Shown piece by piece: positions 50,323-58,616 of a stretch of DNA of 64,000 bases. The notes below the pieces were generated by a model, which ran no database searches, was not told the DNA's origin, and was given only the letters and a program-made list of their open reading frames with translations. The DNA lies in the IMG/VR virus record IMGVR_UViG_3300044684_000224, positions 14,820-78,819 of that record; one strand, written 5' to 3'. Both the position numbers and the translations under genes were made by a program. Each line of letters starts with the position of its first letter. The first letter of the stretch is position 1. This stretch comes from a virus.

Positions 50323-50832
50323 ATGTCCAGTGACCTCGCCGAGAGGCTGCTCGCTGCGATTGAGAAGAGGGCAGCGGATGCCCGTGCGCACCTCGCTGTC
50401 CTGCGCGACCTTGAGGTCAATCCGCAGGCTCGGCGCCCGAGACTGCGCGCCTGTGTCGAAGCGTGGCCCGGCTGCGCCGAGGGGGAGTACGACCCGCGCT
50501 GTTGCCGGTTCCCGAAGTCGTGCTCGTGTGACATCTACAGCGACGAGCACGTGTTGCCTGAGTGGCTGGAGGAGGTCGAGCCGACGACGGTATCAGCCGG
50601 GGACTCGTCCGCTGCTGCTGATCTGCGCCGCTGCGAGGCCGACAAGCGCATCGTGCAGCGCTACCAGGACGCCGAGCAGCAGTACCACGGCATCCTGGAG
50701 TTGTTCGTTCAGTACGGGCCACCAGACGCGTTGGCCAGAACGCTGATGGAACTGCACAAGCAGTCCTATGACGCGCTGAGCGCTGTTCTGGTCGACCTGG
50801 CCGAGGGCTACGGACTGAAGGTGACAACGTGA
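50323..50832 (+). CDS. DUF6221-like protein
   Basis: DLAERLLAAI..LRRCEADKRIV..LAEGYG. Confidence 0.6.
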   Translation: MSSDLAERLLAAIEKRAADARAHLAVLRDLEVNPQARRPRLRACVEAWPGCAEGEYDPRCCRFPKSCSCDIYSDEHVLPEWLEEVEPTTVSAGDSSAAADLRRCEADKRIVQRYQDAEQQYHGILELFVQYGPPDALARTLMELHKQSYDALSAVLVDLAEGYGLKVTT

Positions 50833-51004
50833 GCGGCCATGCGCGCTGGGGAATTTTCCTGCTTGGGGCATGCGCCGGGCTAGGAACAGCCGATGGGATT
50901 CTCTGGCTGTCCGGCCGAGGAAGCCTCCCACCCTGGTGGATGCTGCTGTGGCTGGCGCTGTTCGTCACTAGCCTTCAGTTGCGCAAGCATGATCGGAGTC
51001 GGTC

Positions 51005-51388
51005 GTGACCCCGCTGGACGTCTTCAGCCTCGCCTCCGGTGTTGTCGCCGTGGTGCGGCACTACCTGCCGTCGCTGGACCTCGACGCGTGGCGCAGGGCA
51101 GCAGCGGCTCGTGCTGAGGAGATCGAAGCTGAGATTGACCGCCTGCTCGCGGAGATTCGATCGATCCAGTGGAGCGATCCCGGGACGCCCGCTCGGCCGC
51201 CGCACGCCGAGGCCATCTCGGTCCGATGGCACCGTGAGCGTCCCGCACTAGAAACCGGCGCTTCGCGTCGTGTCGAGTGGAATCGGTACGTGGCGCCATC
51301 GCCAGCGTTCCCTACTGGGCAGCGTGAGAGCTACCTCGCCGACGAACTGGCGCACTACGCCGCCGCGGTCATCAAACGAGCGAACTGA
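51005..51388 (+). CDS. Hypothetical protein
   Basis: 127-aa ORF with RBS. Confidence 0.5.
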   Translation: MTPLDVFSLASGVVAVVRHYLPSLDLDAWRRAAAARAEEIEAEIDRLLAEIRSIQWSDPGTPARPPHAEAISVRWHRERPALETGASRRVEWNRYVAPSPAFPTGQRESYLADELAHYAAAVIKRAN

Positions 51389-51400
51389 TATGGAGATCCC

Positions 51401-51943
51401 ATGATCCGTGCCTTCCTGGCCGGTGTCGTCACCCTGCTGGCCCTGTGTGGCTGCCAGAGCCCCACGACACCACCCACGAACTCTCCGGCCGTCACAGCCA
51501 CTCTCGCGGCCGGGTCCTGCCACCTCCGCATGGAGGACGGTCAGCCACTCCCGGACCCGGCCTGCACGCCGGGCGCGCTCAACCCGAACGTGACGCAGGC
51601 GACCATCGGGAGCACGATCTGCCGGCTGGGATGGACGAAGACGATCAGACCGTCCGTCGCGTACACCGACGCGCTCAAGCGGCGCGGCATCGTGGCGTAC
51701 GGCTACTCGGACAAACGGATGGGCGCCTATGAGGAAGATCATCTAGTCCCATTGGAATTAGCTGGAAATCCCACTGCACCGACAAATCTGTGGCCCCAGC
51801 CCGGCGGTTCGCCTAATGGAAAAGACCTGGTAGAAGGTACACTCAATCATGCGGTTTGTGCTGGGAAAGTGAGCCTAGCCGCAGCCCAGAACGCGATCGC
51901 GAAGGACTGGGTAACAGCCGAGAGTGTACTAGGACTGAAATGA
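51401..51943 (+). CDS. Secreted lipoprotein with an HNH-like domain
   Basis: Lipobox LCGC; LPDPACTPGA..YEEDHLVPLELAG..NLWPQP..KD.VE. Confidence 0.75.
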   Translation: MIRAFLAGVVTLLALCGCQSPTTPPTNSPAVTATLAAGSCHLRMEDGQPLPDPACTPGALNPNVTQATIGSTICRLGWTKTIRPSVAYTDALKRRGIVAYGYSDKRMGAYEEDHLVPLELAGNPTAPTNLWPQPGGSPNGKDLVEGTLNHAVCAGKVSLAAAQNAIAKDWVTAESVLGLK

Positions 51944-52404
51944 CTCCAACCCGCCGCAAGCCTGGATCAATGTATGGCTGGCCATGGCGCGCGAAGTTGG
52001 CCGTGGTGGTCGAACGGGGTGCGCCTGACGAGTGCTGGCCGGCACGTTGCGGTATCGATAAGGATGGCTACGCCCACCTGAGCGCGTTCGATACCAAGGA
52101 GACGCTAGTCCATCGACTGGCCGTCATGGCCGATGGCCGCGAGATCCCGCCCGGCCACGAGGTAGACCACGTGGCCGAGAGGTGCACCCGGCGCGACTGC
52201 GCCAATCCCCGCCACCTGGAGGTCGTACCGAAGCGGGAGAACCTCCGCCGCGCCGCCGTGAGACGCCAGAAGGCGCGGTTCTGCATCCACGGCCATGACC
52301 GTTCCGACGCCTATCCGGACGGTAGCTGTCGGACCTGCAAGACGATCTACGGTCATGCCCGGTATGCGGCCAAGAAGGCTGCGCGGCTTCGGGATGCCGC
52401 GTGA
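51940..52404 (+). CDS. HNH endonuclease
   Basis: ECWP..DGYA..VHRLA..EVDH..CTRRDCANPRHLEVV..ENL. Confidence 0.88.
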   Translation: MTPTRRKPGSMYGWPWRAKLAVVVERGAPDECWPARCGIDKDGYAHLSAFDTKETLVHRLAVMADGREIPPGHEVDHVAERCTRRDCANPRHLEVVPKRENLRRAAVRRQKARFCIHGHDRSDAYPDGSCRTCKTIYGHARYAAKKAARLRDAA

Positions 52405-52461
52405 TCTCCTCGGACTGGGTCAAACTCGGGCAGGTGCTCGGTGTATTGCACTGATCTGGCC

Positions 52462-52848
52462 TCAGCGCAACCCGAGCCAGTCCTTCACCGCCATGCGGTC
52501 CACGCCGGCCGCGGTCGCGAACCCGGCCTGCGACCGCACCCCGCGCGCCGACCGGTCACCTACTCGCACCAGCGTCACCGCGGCCTGCCGCAGGGCGGCT
52601 TTCGCGTTTGCCTCGGCGACCCGCGCCCGGGTCAGTGCCGCACCCAGTTCGTCCACGACGTTCTCGGGTGGCTCGACGAGCAGTCGGTACGCCACCGTCA
52701 GGGCTGTCTCGCGGTCGTCGGCGTCGTCCGGGTCCGGGTAGCGGGCGGCGATCTCGTCGGCTGTGCGGAGCAGGTCGCGGATCTGATCCTCGGTGAGACC
52801 GTGGTCGTCGCCGAGCCACGCCTCGATCTCGTAGCGCTGCATGGTCAA
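52462..52848 (-). CDS. HTH-containing protein
   Basis: C-terminal SQAGFATAAGVDRMAVKDWLG. Confidence 0.7.
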   Translation of the reverse strand: MTMQRYEIEAWLGDDHGLTEDQIRDLLRTADEIAARYPDPDDADDRETALTVAYRLLVEPPENVVDELGAALTRARVAEANAKAALRQAAVTLVRVGDRSARGVRSQAGFATAAGVDRMAVKDWLGLR

Positions 52849-52869
52849 TCTTTCTCTTCTGGGCTTCAG

Positions 52870-53490
52870 TCAGTGTGGATGGTGTGCTCGCCGGCAGTCA
52901 GGGCATCGGCAGCGATGTCTCCTGTATCCGCCGGGAGAGCCGTGATCGATAGCGGGGTCCCGTCCGGCGATCAGCGCGGCGTCCAGTTTGTCGGCGAAGC
53001 CCCTAGTGATCTTGGCGAGAGCCCAGATCTGCTGGGTGGTGGTGCCGACCTGCATAGCCGCTTGTGGCACGGACGCACCCGTGCGCAGCAGTCGAAGGAG
53101 TTGCCGACGTTCACGGCCGGACAGTGCGGCCCTTGCGCGACTTCGACGCCAACGTCGCAGGTCAGCGTTGTGGGCGCGACGGCACCGCTCGCAGCGGCAC
53201 CCCGCTCGCCAGCGGCTAGGGCTGCCGTGGCCAGAGCGAGCGCGCCGCTCTTCTCTCGAACCCTCAGTGGCGGCCGCCGTGCACGCTGCGCACCGGCATC
53301 CCCAGTTCGAATACGTGTTCCGCGACCCATGCACCGAGGCGCCCGTCGCGACGAGAAGCCCGCCAACGAGGACACGGCTGGCATACCGTGCGGCCTTCGC
53401 TTTCCTTTGGCGGAGCCTGTGTCCGGAGGTGCACACCTCGCATCTGCATCCCCGGTTGACGTAAGCGCTCGCACCATGTTGCCAGGTCAC
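52870..53490 (-). CDS. Protein with four HG-x-GCRC-xx-C repeats
   Basis: HGASAYVNRGCRCEVC, HGSRNTYSNWGCRCAAC, HGSPSRWRAGCRCERC, HGSPGGYRRHRCRCPDC, with an HTH-like segment before the last repeat. Confidence 0.7.
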   Translation of the reverse strand: MTWQHGASAYVNRGCRCEVCTSGHRLRQRKAKAARYASRVLVGGLLVATGASVHGSRNTYSNWGCRCAACTAAATEGSREERRARSGHGSPSRWRAGCRCERCRRAHNADLRRWRRSRARAALSGRERRQLLRLLRTGASVPQAAMQVGTTTQQIWALAKITRGFADKLDAALIAGRDPAIDHGSPGGYRRHRCRCPDCRRAHHPH

Positions 53491-53496
53491 TTGCGG

Positions 53497-53853
53497 TCAG
53501 TCCTCCAGGGCGTCGTAGGCGGCGCCGATCAGGTCGAAGAACTCGTCGTCGATCGGGGCGACGGAGATGATCCGGGTGGGGTGGACGAGCAGCTCGCCGT
53601 ACTCGGCGTCCAGAGGCTGGTCCGCGGACGGGGTGCCGTCCAGTTCGACGAGGACCCAACCGGGGGAGCCGTAGGGGATTCCGCTGCCGGCGAAGGCGAG
53701 GTAGGCGGCGAGGGTTTCGCGGCTGTCGCAGACGGAGACGCCGTTGCGGGTGAGGTCGTCGCGGTGCCAGGCGTCGGAGGTCTGGAAGGTGGCGTCGAGC
53801 AGGTCGGCGGCGTTCCGGTCGGGGCTCTGGACTCGGTAGTAGCTCGTCGTCAT
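53497..53853 (-). CDS. Hypothetical protein
   Basis: YYRVQ..GVSVCDS..VLVELDG; could be an ADP-ribosyltransferase-like fold (R..S..E), unverified. Confidence 0.6.
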   Translation of the reverse strand: MTTSYYRVQSPDRNAADLLDATFQTSDAWHRDDLTRNGVSVCDSRETLAAYLAFAGSGIPYGSPGWVLVELDGTPSADQPLDAEYGELLVHPTRIISVAPIDDEFFDLIGAAYDALED

Positions 53854-53893
53854 GTAGATGAGTCTACACCAAGATGTGTAGAGCTGTCTACAT
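53852..53893 (-). promoter_or_regulatory. Leftward promoter TAGACA-N18-TAGACT with nested palindromes
   Basis: CTACAC-N6-GTGTAG at 53864-53881; ATGTAGA/TCTACAT outer pair. Confidence 0.55.
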
Positions 53894-54012
53894 CAGGAGG
53901 GCAGGTGCTCGGTGTCCTCCACTGACCTGCACGACGTGTTGCCTGTTTCCTGTCCAGCCACGCAACAGGCAGACCCTCCCGCCGCGACCGAGCCGGAGGG
54001 AGGCTTGACGCC

Positions 54013-54609
54013 ATGACGACCACCACCCTGATTCCCGGCCTGACCCTCACCGACAACCAGTACGAACTCGCCGCGTCCGCCGTGGCCCAGCACGCCCCCG
54101 ACCTCGGCCCGCTGACCCGGGAGGCGTTCCTCGACCTCCCCAAGTGGTGCCTGGTGCCGGACGACCGGGGCGAGCTCTCGAAGGCCGAGTACACCCTCCT
54201 GGCCACCGAGGACCGGACGGCGAAGCTGAACCTCTGGTACCGGGCCGACACCCGTGGAGGCGTGAAGCCGCTCCCGCACAACCACCGCTGGCAACGCTTC
54301 ACCAGCCACATCCTGTCGGGCGGCTACGACGAGGACCGCTACGACCTGCGTGACGACGAGCGCGCACCCGTCGCCTCTGCCTCCGTGTCGCACGTGGCCG
54401 GCCGGTCGAACACGGTCCTGCACGACACGTACCACGAGGTCGTCGCCATCCACGATCCTGGTGCGACCATGACTCTGATGGCGTGCGGCTACGGCCGCTT
54501 CGGCGACTGGTGCCATCTGGACGTGGACAGCGGGCGGTTGGTCAAGGGACAGCCGGTGGCCGACTTCGAGCGCATGTTCGACGCCTTGAACCCACACCTA
54601 CGGCGATAG
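54013..54609 (+). CDS. Cupin-fold protein
   Basis: PHNHRWQRFTSHILSGGYDE..TYHEV..TMTLM, cupin metal-binding motifs. Confidence 0.65.
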   Translation: MTTTTLIPGLTLTDNQYELAASAVAQHAPDLGPLTREAFLDLPKWCLVPDDRGELSKAEYTLLATEDRTAKLNLWYRADTRGGVKPLPHNHRWQRFTSHILSGGYDEDRYDLRDDERAPVASASVSHVAGRSNTVLHDTYHEVVAIHDPGATMTLMACGYGRFGDWCHLDVDSGRLVKGQPVADFERMFDALNPHLRR

Positions 54610-54618
54610 GAGAACGGC

Positions 54619-55328
54619 GTGACCTACGCCGACGTCGTGGCCATGTACGAGCGGTTCAAAGAACCGCCGGCGCCGATCGAGCCGATCAAACTCACCTGCG
54701 AACAGCGCGACTGGATGAGGCAGCAGGTGACCACCCTCCAGCCGAACGCCTACGAGCTCGCCCCGCTGCTCGGCGTGCCAATCCACCTCGTCGAGGATGC
54801 CGCCGAGTCCACACCGGTGCAGCAGCAGTGGAACGACGGATGGCCCGGTGTCACGGTCCGGCTTCCCGGTCGGTGGTGGTATCGCTGGACCGCCAGAAGG
54901 AAGAAGTGGGTGTACCTGTCCACCTTGATCCGTCGCATGTACCGGGGGAAGCCGTGAGCGAACCACAGGAGTACGACATCGAGGACCTGGACTCGCTGAC
55001 CCGCGACCAGCTCGGCGAGATCGACCCGATGCACCGCGTCCTCGCCGACGTGCTGGACGACTGGGTGGCGCGCCGGTTCGGAATCCTGTCCGGACACCAT
55101 GGCATCGGCCTGTTCCTGGACCTGCTGGCGGCCGAGGGCTACCGGGTCACGGCGATCCAGAAGCCGTACATCGTGGAAGGCTCGCCGAGCGGTGAATGGT
55201 GGGTGCTGCGGACGGATATCGGCGCCGAGTACGTCACGTCGGCATCGACGCGTGAGGCGGCGCAGGAGATCGCGGACCAGAAGAACGCCGAGGCCCTTGG
55301 CGCCCTACTGCCGCCGCCGACGGAGTGA
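54619..55328 (+). CDS. Two hypothetical genes (54619-54957 and 54954-55328)
   Basis: RBS and GTGA coupling. Confidence 0.55.
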
Positions 55329-55579
55329 TCACGTGAGCGCTCCTGACCGCCGCCTCCTGCGCTGCCTCTCGGCGCTCACCGTGGTCGTGCTAGTGGCCAT
55401 GGTGACGATCGGACTGGTGTTGAGGTGAGCGGCGACGAGTGCGACGCCGCGCGACCGGAGATCGCCGCGTGGCTGGAGTCCGTCGACAAGCTGCACGACG
55501 CCGAGCGGCGTCTACGTGAGGTTCAGGCGGTCGCGGCGGCCGAACTGGTCCTGCTGGAGGCGCAACTACCGTGACGGGG

Positions 55580-55993
55580 TCACGCCGCGAGCGCGAACAC
55601 CGCGAACGGGTCCGCCGGCACCAGCTCGACGCGCGGGCGCCGCGGCTTCGGCATGGCCAGCAGCTCGACCGCGACCCGGTGGTAGCACATCCTGCCGTGC
55701 AGGCCGGCCGGGCAGTTGCAGGCTTCGCCGGCGACCAGGTAGGTGCGCTGCCCGTCCGAGCTGACGGCCCGGTAGGCGCGGCCGTGGTGGACGGTGACCA
55801 TGCCACCGGTTTCGATGAGCTCGACAGCCTTGGCGACCTGCGCGGGCTGGTGGGTGCTGGCCTGAGCGGCTTCGGCGATGCGCTTGGCGCAGACCGGCCC
55901 GTAGCCTGCGGCGACCGATTCGGGGTCGGTGAGGGTGCGTCCGCAGCGTCCACACTGGGTGGTCTGGGTGGTGGTGGTTCCTGCGTTCGTCAT
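55580..55993 (-). CDS. DUF6011-like plus SWIM zinc finger protein (paralog of 10638-11075)
   Basis: CGRCGRTLTDPESVAAGYGPVC..AVSSDG..CNCPAGLHGRMCYH..DPFAVFALAA. Confidence 0.8.
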   Translation of the reverse strand: MTNAGTTTTQTTQCGRCGRTLTDPESVAAGYGPVCAKRIAEAAQASTHQPAQVAKAVELIETGGMVTVHHGRAYRAVSSDGQRTYLVAGEACNCPAGLHGRMCYHRVAVELLAMPKPRRPRVELVPADPFAVFALAA

Positions 55994-55999
55994 ACCTAT

Positions 56000-56058
56000 A
56001 GTGTAGCTCGGGTGGGACCCACCCGCAATACCGTGAATCACCATGGGACCCACCATGG
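56000..56058. promoter_or_regulatory. Divergent promoter/operator region
   Basis: Leftward TTGCGG-N17-TACACT with palindrome GGGTGGGACCCACCC (56010-56024); second site CCATGGGACCCACCATGG (56041-56058). Confidence 0.6.
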
Positions 56059-56071
56059 TACGATTGTGACC

Positions 56072-56263
56072 ATGCCGACACCCGGACGACCGAAGCTCAC
56101 CGTACGACTGGATGAGGAGGAACTGCGCCTACTCCAAGCCATGGCCTACAACGCTGGCACCACTGGTGCCGAACTGGCCCGGTCGGTCCTCCTCGACTAC
56201 ATCCAAGCCAACAGGGACGCCGCATCGGCGCCTGCTATGCAGCCGGAGGACGACCGTGGCTGA
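56072..56263 (+). CDS. CopG/RHH-like DNA-binding protein
   Basis: PKLTVRLDEEE..L..A..GTT.AELARSVLLDYI. Confidence 0.75.
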   Translation: MPTPGRPKLTVRLDEEELRLLQAMAYNAGTTGAELARSVLLDYIQANRDAASAPAMQPEDDRG

Positions 56264-57640
56264 CGAACTGACGCCGCAGCAGCACCTCGACGCAGCCGAG
56301 GAGGAGTTGCGTCTCGTCGACGCGAACCTGGTCCCCGGCCAGAGGAGGATGGGCGTCATCTCGATGCACCTGTTCAAGGCCGACTGGCACCTGCTGAAGG
56401 CCAAGGCGGCGTTGTTGCGCGAGGAGATCCACGACGCACAGATGCGACACAGGAGCGCCCATGACTGAAGCGAACATCCTCGCCCGCCACGAGTTCGGCC
56501 CGATGGTCGGCGATGTCCACAACGCGCACCGGCTGCTGCGCTCGCTGCGCCACACCGAGCAGGACGTGAACGCGGACACGGTGGCCGAGCATCTCGGCGC
56601 GGCGTGTGATGCCCTCGCTGAGGCGTTGGCCGAGATGTATGTGGCGTGCGGCATTGGGGACTTGATGCCTGACCCGCGCTCGGTGAAACCGGGGTATGTG
56701 GGTTACACGTTGCGGCAGATCGCCGAGATGGAGGCACGACGTGGCTGACGAACTTACCGCCGACCAGCACTACGCGTTGGCCATGGACTTCCGCAACGAG
56801 GCTCGGATCAGCCGCGAGTTCGACGGCGAGCAGCGGATGTTGGCCCGGGCCCAGTTCCACGCCACCATGGCTGTCGCGGCCCGGCTAGCCGGTTCGTCGC
56901 AGCCACTTGACGCTCCGGCGCCTATGTCGCGCGCCGAGTTCCGGTACGAGCAGCAACGCCTCGCTGACCGCCTCCGTGGCCCACTGCCGAAGAACGACCC
57001 CAACGGGCTGATCACCCGCGTGAAGGAACTCGCGAAGGTGGTCACTGAGGGCATCGTGGACGGTCAGGTCACTGAGGCGCAGGCCGGTTACATCGCGGTC
57101 GCGCTGTTCAACAACGGACTGCTGAGGAGAACCGGTGAAACTGACGCCTGATCACACGCTCGCCGAGTGGGAGCGGTTCGCCGCCGAGGCCGGCATCCCC
57201 TACGTGGCCACTCGCGACAAGGTCACCGTCGGCGACCCTGGCCGCGCGAGTGTTGCCTATGACGCTGTCGTGTCCCAGCAGGTTCGGCTGTATGCCTGGG
57301 ATCCCAAGCGTGAGTGGTCGTTCGTTGAGATGACCGCCGCGGACGCGCGCCGCTTGGCGGCCGAGCTGATGTTCGCGGCCGACCGTGTTGACAACGGTGG
57401 CCAAGATGCGAAGCAGGAGCACTCATGACTGACTCCGTGCGCCAGGAGATCGCGGACCTACTAGACCTGCCGGCCGAAGTGCTGGAGCCGACTGCCGAGG
57501 AGGTCGAGCTGCGACGCCGGTTCGAGGAGTACCGCGCCGAACTGCCCGGCCGGCTTGCCCGCGCCGCGGCCGACGCCACGGAGATCGGGCACCGCGAGGG
57601 CTGGCTACCCGCCAACATGACCATTGAGGTCGTGTCATGA
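56256..57640 (+). CDS. Five small genes (56256-56468, 56461-56748, 56741-57151, 57135-57428, 57425-57640)
   Basis: Overlapping junctions; the first and third share an MADELT..QH N-terminus. Confidence 0.6.
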
Positions 57641-58068
57641 CTGATGACCTGGTGGCTTTCATCCTGGCCCGAATCGCCGAGGATGAGCAGGCGGCGATTG
57701 ACGCCAACGCTGAGCACGAGCGGTACCCGTCCGGTCCGCGTCGGCACACGATCCGCTACCCGCATCCGCAGCGGGATGCCACCGCCGACCTCAACGGCCA
57801 CTACAACGTCTCTCGCGTGCTCTGTGGTGTCACCGCGAAGCGGCAGATGGTCGACCTCTGGAAGAGCACGTTCGAGTGGTCGCAGCACCCCGACTGCCCA
57901 CCAAGTGAGCGAGCAACGGTCGCTGCTGCCGCGCGCGGGCTGCGCGAGGCTCTGCAACTGCTGGCGGTCGAATGGGGGATGCATCCGGACTACCGACGTG
58001 CCACGAACTATGAGGCGCGATTGCAAGCGTTGCTCGATTCAGGCGGCAGGCAGGCGGGTTCGGCGTGA
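57637..58068 (+). CDS. DUF6221 family protein
   Basis: DDLVAFILARIAEDE..RVLCGVTAKR..LQLLAVEWGMHPDY. Confidence 0.8.
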   Translation: MTDDLVAFILARIAEDEQAAIDANAEHERYPSGPRRHTIRYPHPQRDATADLNGHYNVSRVLCGVTAKRQMVDLWKSTFEWSQHPDCPPSERATVAAAARGLREALQLLAVEWGMHPDYRRATNYEARLQALLDSGGRQAGSA

Positions 58069-58616
58069 CCGATGATCTGGTGGCCTTCATCAAGGCCCGA
58101 CTTGACGCCGATCAGAACGCCGCACAGCAGGCGCTCGACGAGCTGAAGGCCCACGGCGGCAACGAGCATCTGCCGGACCACAAGCGGTTGAAGTTCCCGT
58201 TCCCCGAGTGGTTGGCCCGATGCGTGCACGACACGTTGCAGAGCCCTCACCGCGTGCTCCGTGCCGTCGAGGCCAAGCGGCGCATGCTGGCTCGCCACAA
58301 GCGCGAAACCGACCTGTGGTGCGACGACGACGGACAGCCCCTCGATGTCGACCTGTGCATGATCTGCGCCTACGGCCGGTCCTGCTCCTGCTGCTTCGAC
58401 CGCGAGTACGACGGCCCGTTCGCGAAGTGGCCGTGTCCGGAAGTCCGTGACATCGCCTCGGAGTGGGCGACGCACCCGGACTACAGGCCCGAGTGGGCAC
58501 CGCTCGAAGATCACAAGGGTGCCGAGTCTGCCGAGGCGGTACTCGATTCAGTCGCGCCTATACCGCCCACCGACCAAGATCGACCGGTTGGCGACGGCTC
58601 GCGAAAGGACGCGTGA
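58065..58616 (+). CDS. DUF6221 family protein
   Basis: DDLVAFIKARLD..RVLRAVEAKRRML..WATHPDYRPEWAP. Confidence 0.85.
   Translation: MTDDLVAFIKARLDADQNAAQQALDELKAHGGNEHLPDHKRLKFPFPEWLARCVHDTLQSPHRVLRAVEAKRRMLARHKRETDLWCDDDGQPLDVDLCMICAYGRSCSCCFDREYDGPFAKWPCPEVRDIASEWATHPDYRPEWAPLEDHKGAESAEAVLDSVAPIPPTDQDRPVGDGSRKDA

Noticed and set aside
52441-53925. Many long antisense or alternate-frame ORFs in the track (also 1266-2174, 5197-6615, 15616-17028, 27039-28526, 38962-40245)
   Set aside because: Shadow ORFs of high-GC coding DNA: Arg/Pro/Ala-rich, no RBS, and overlapping better-supported genes.
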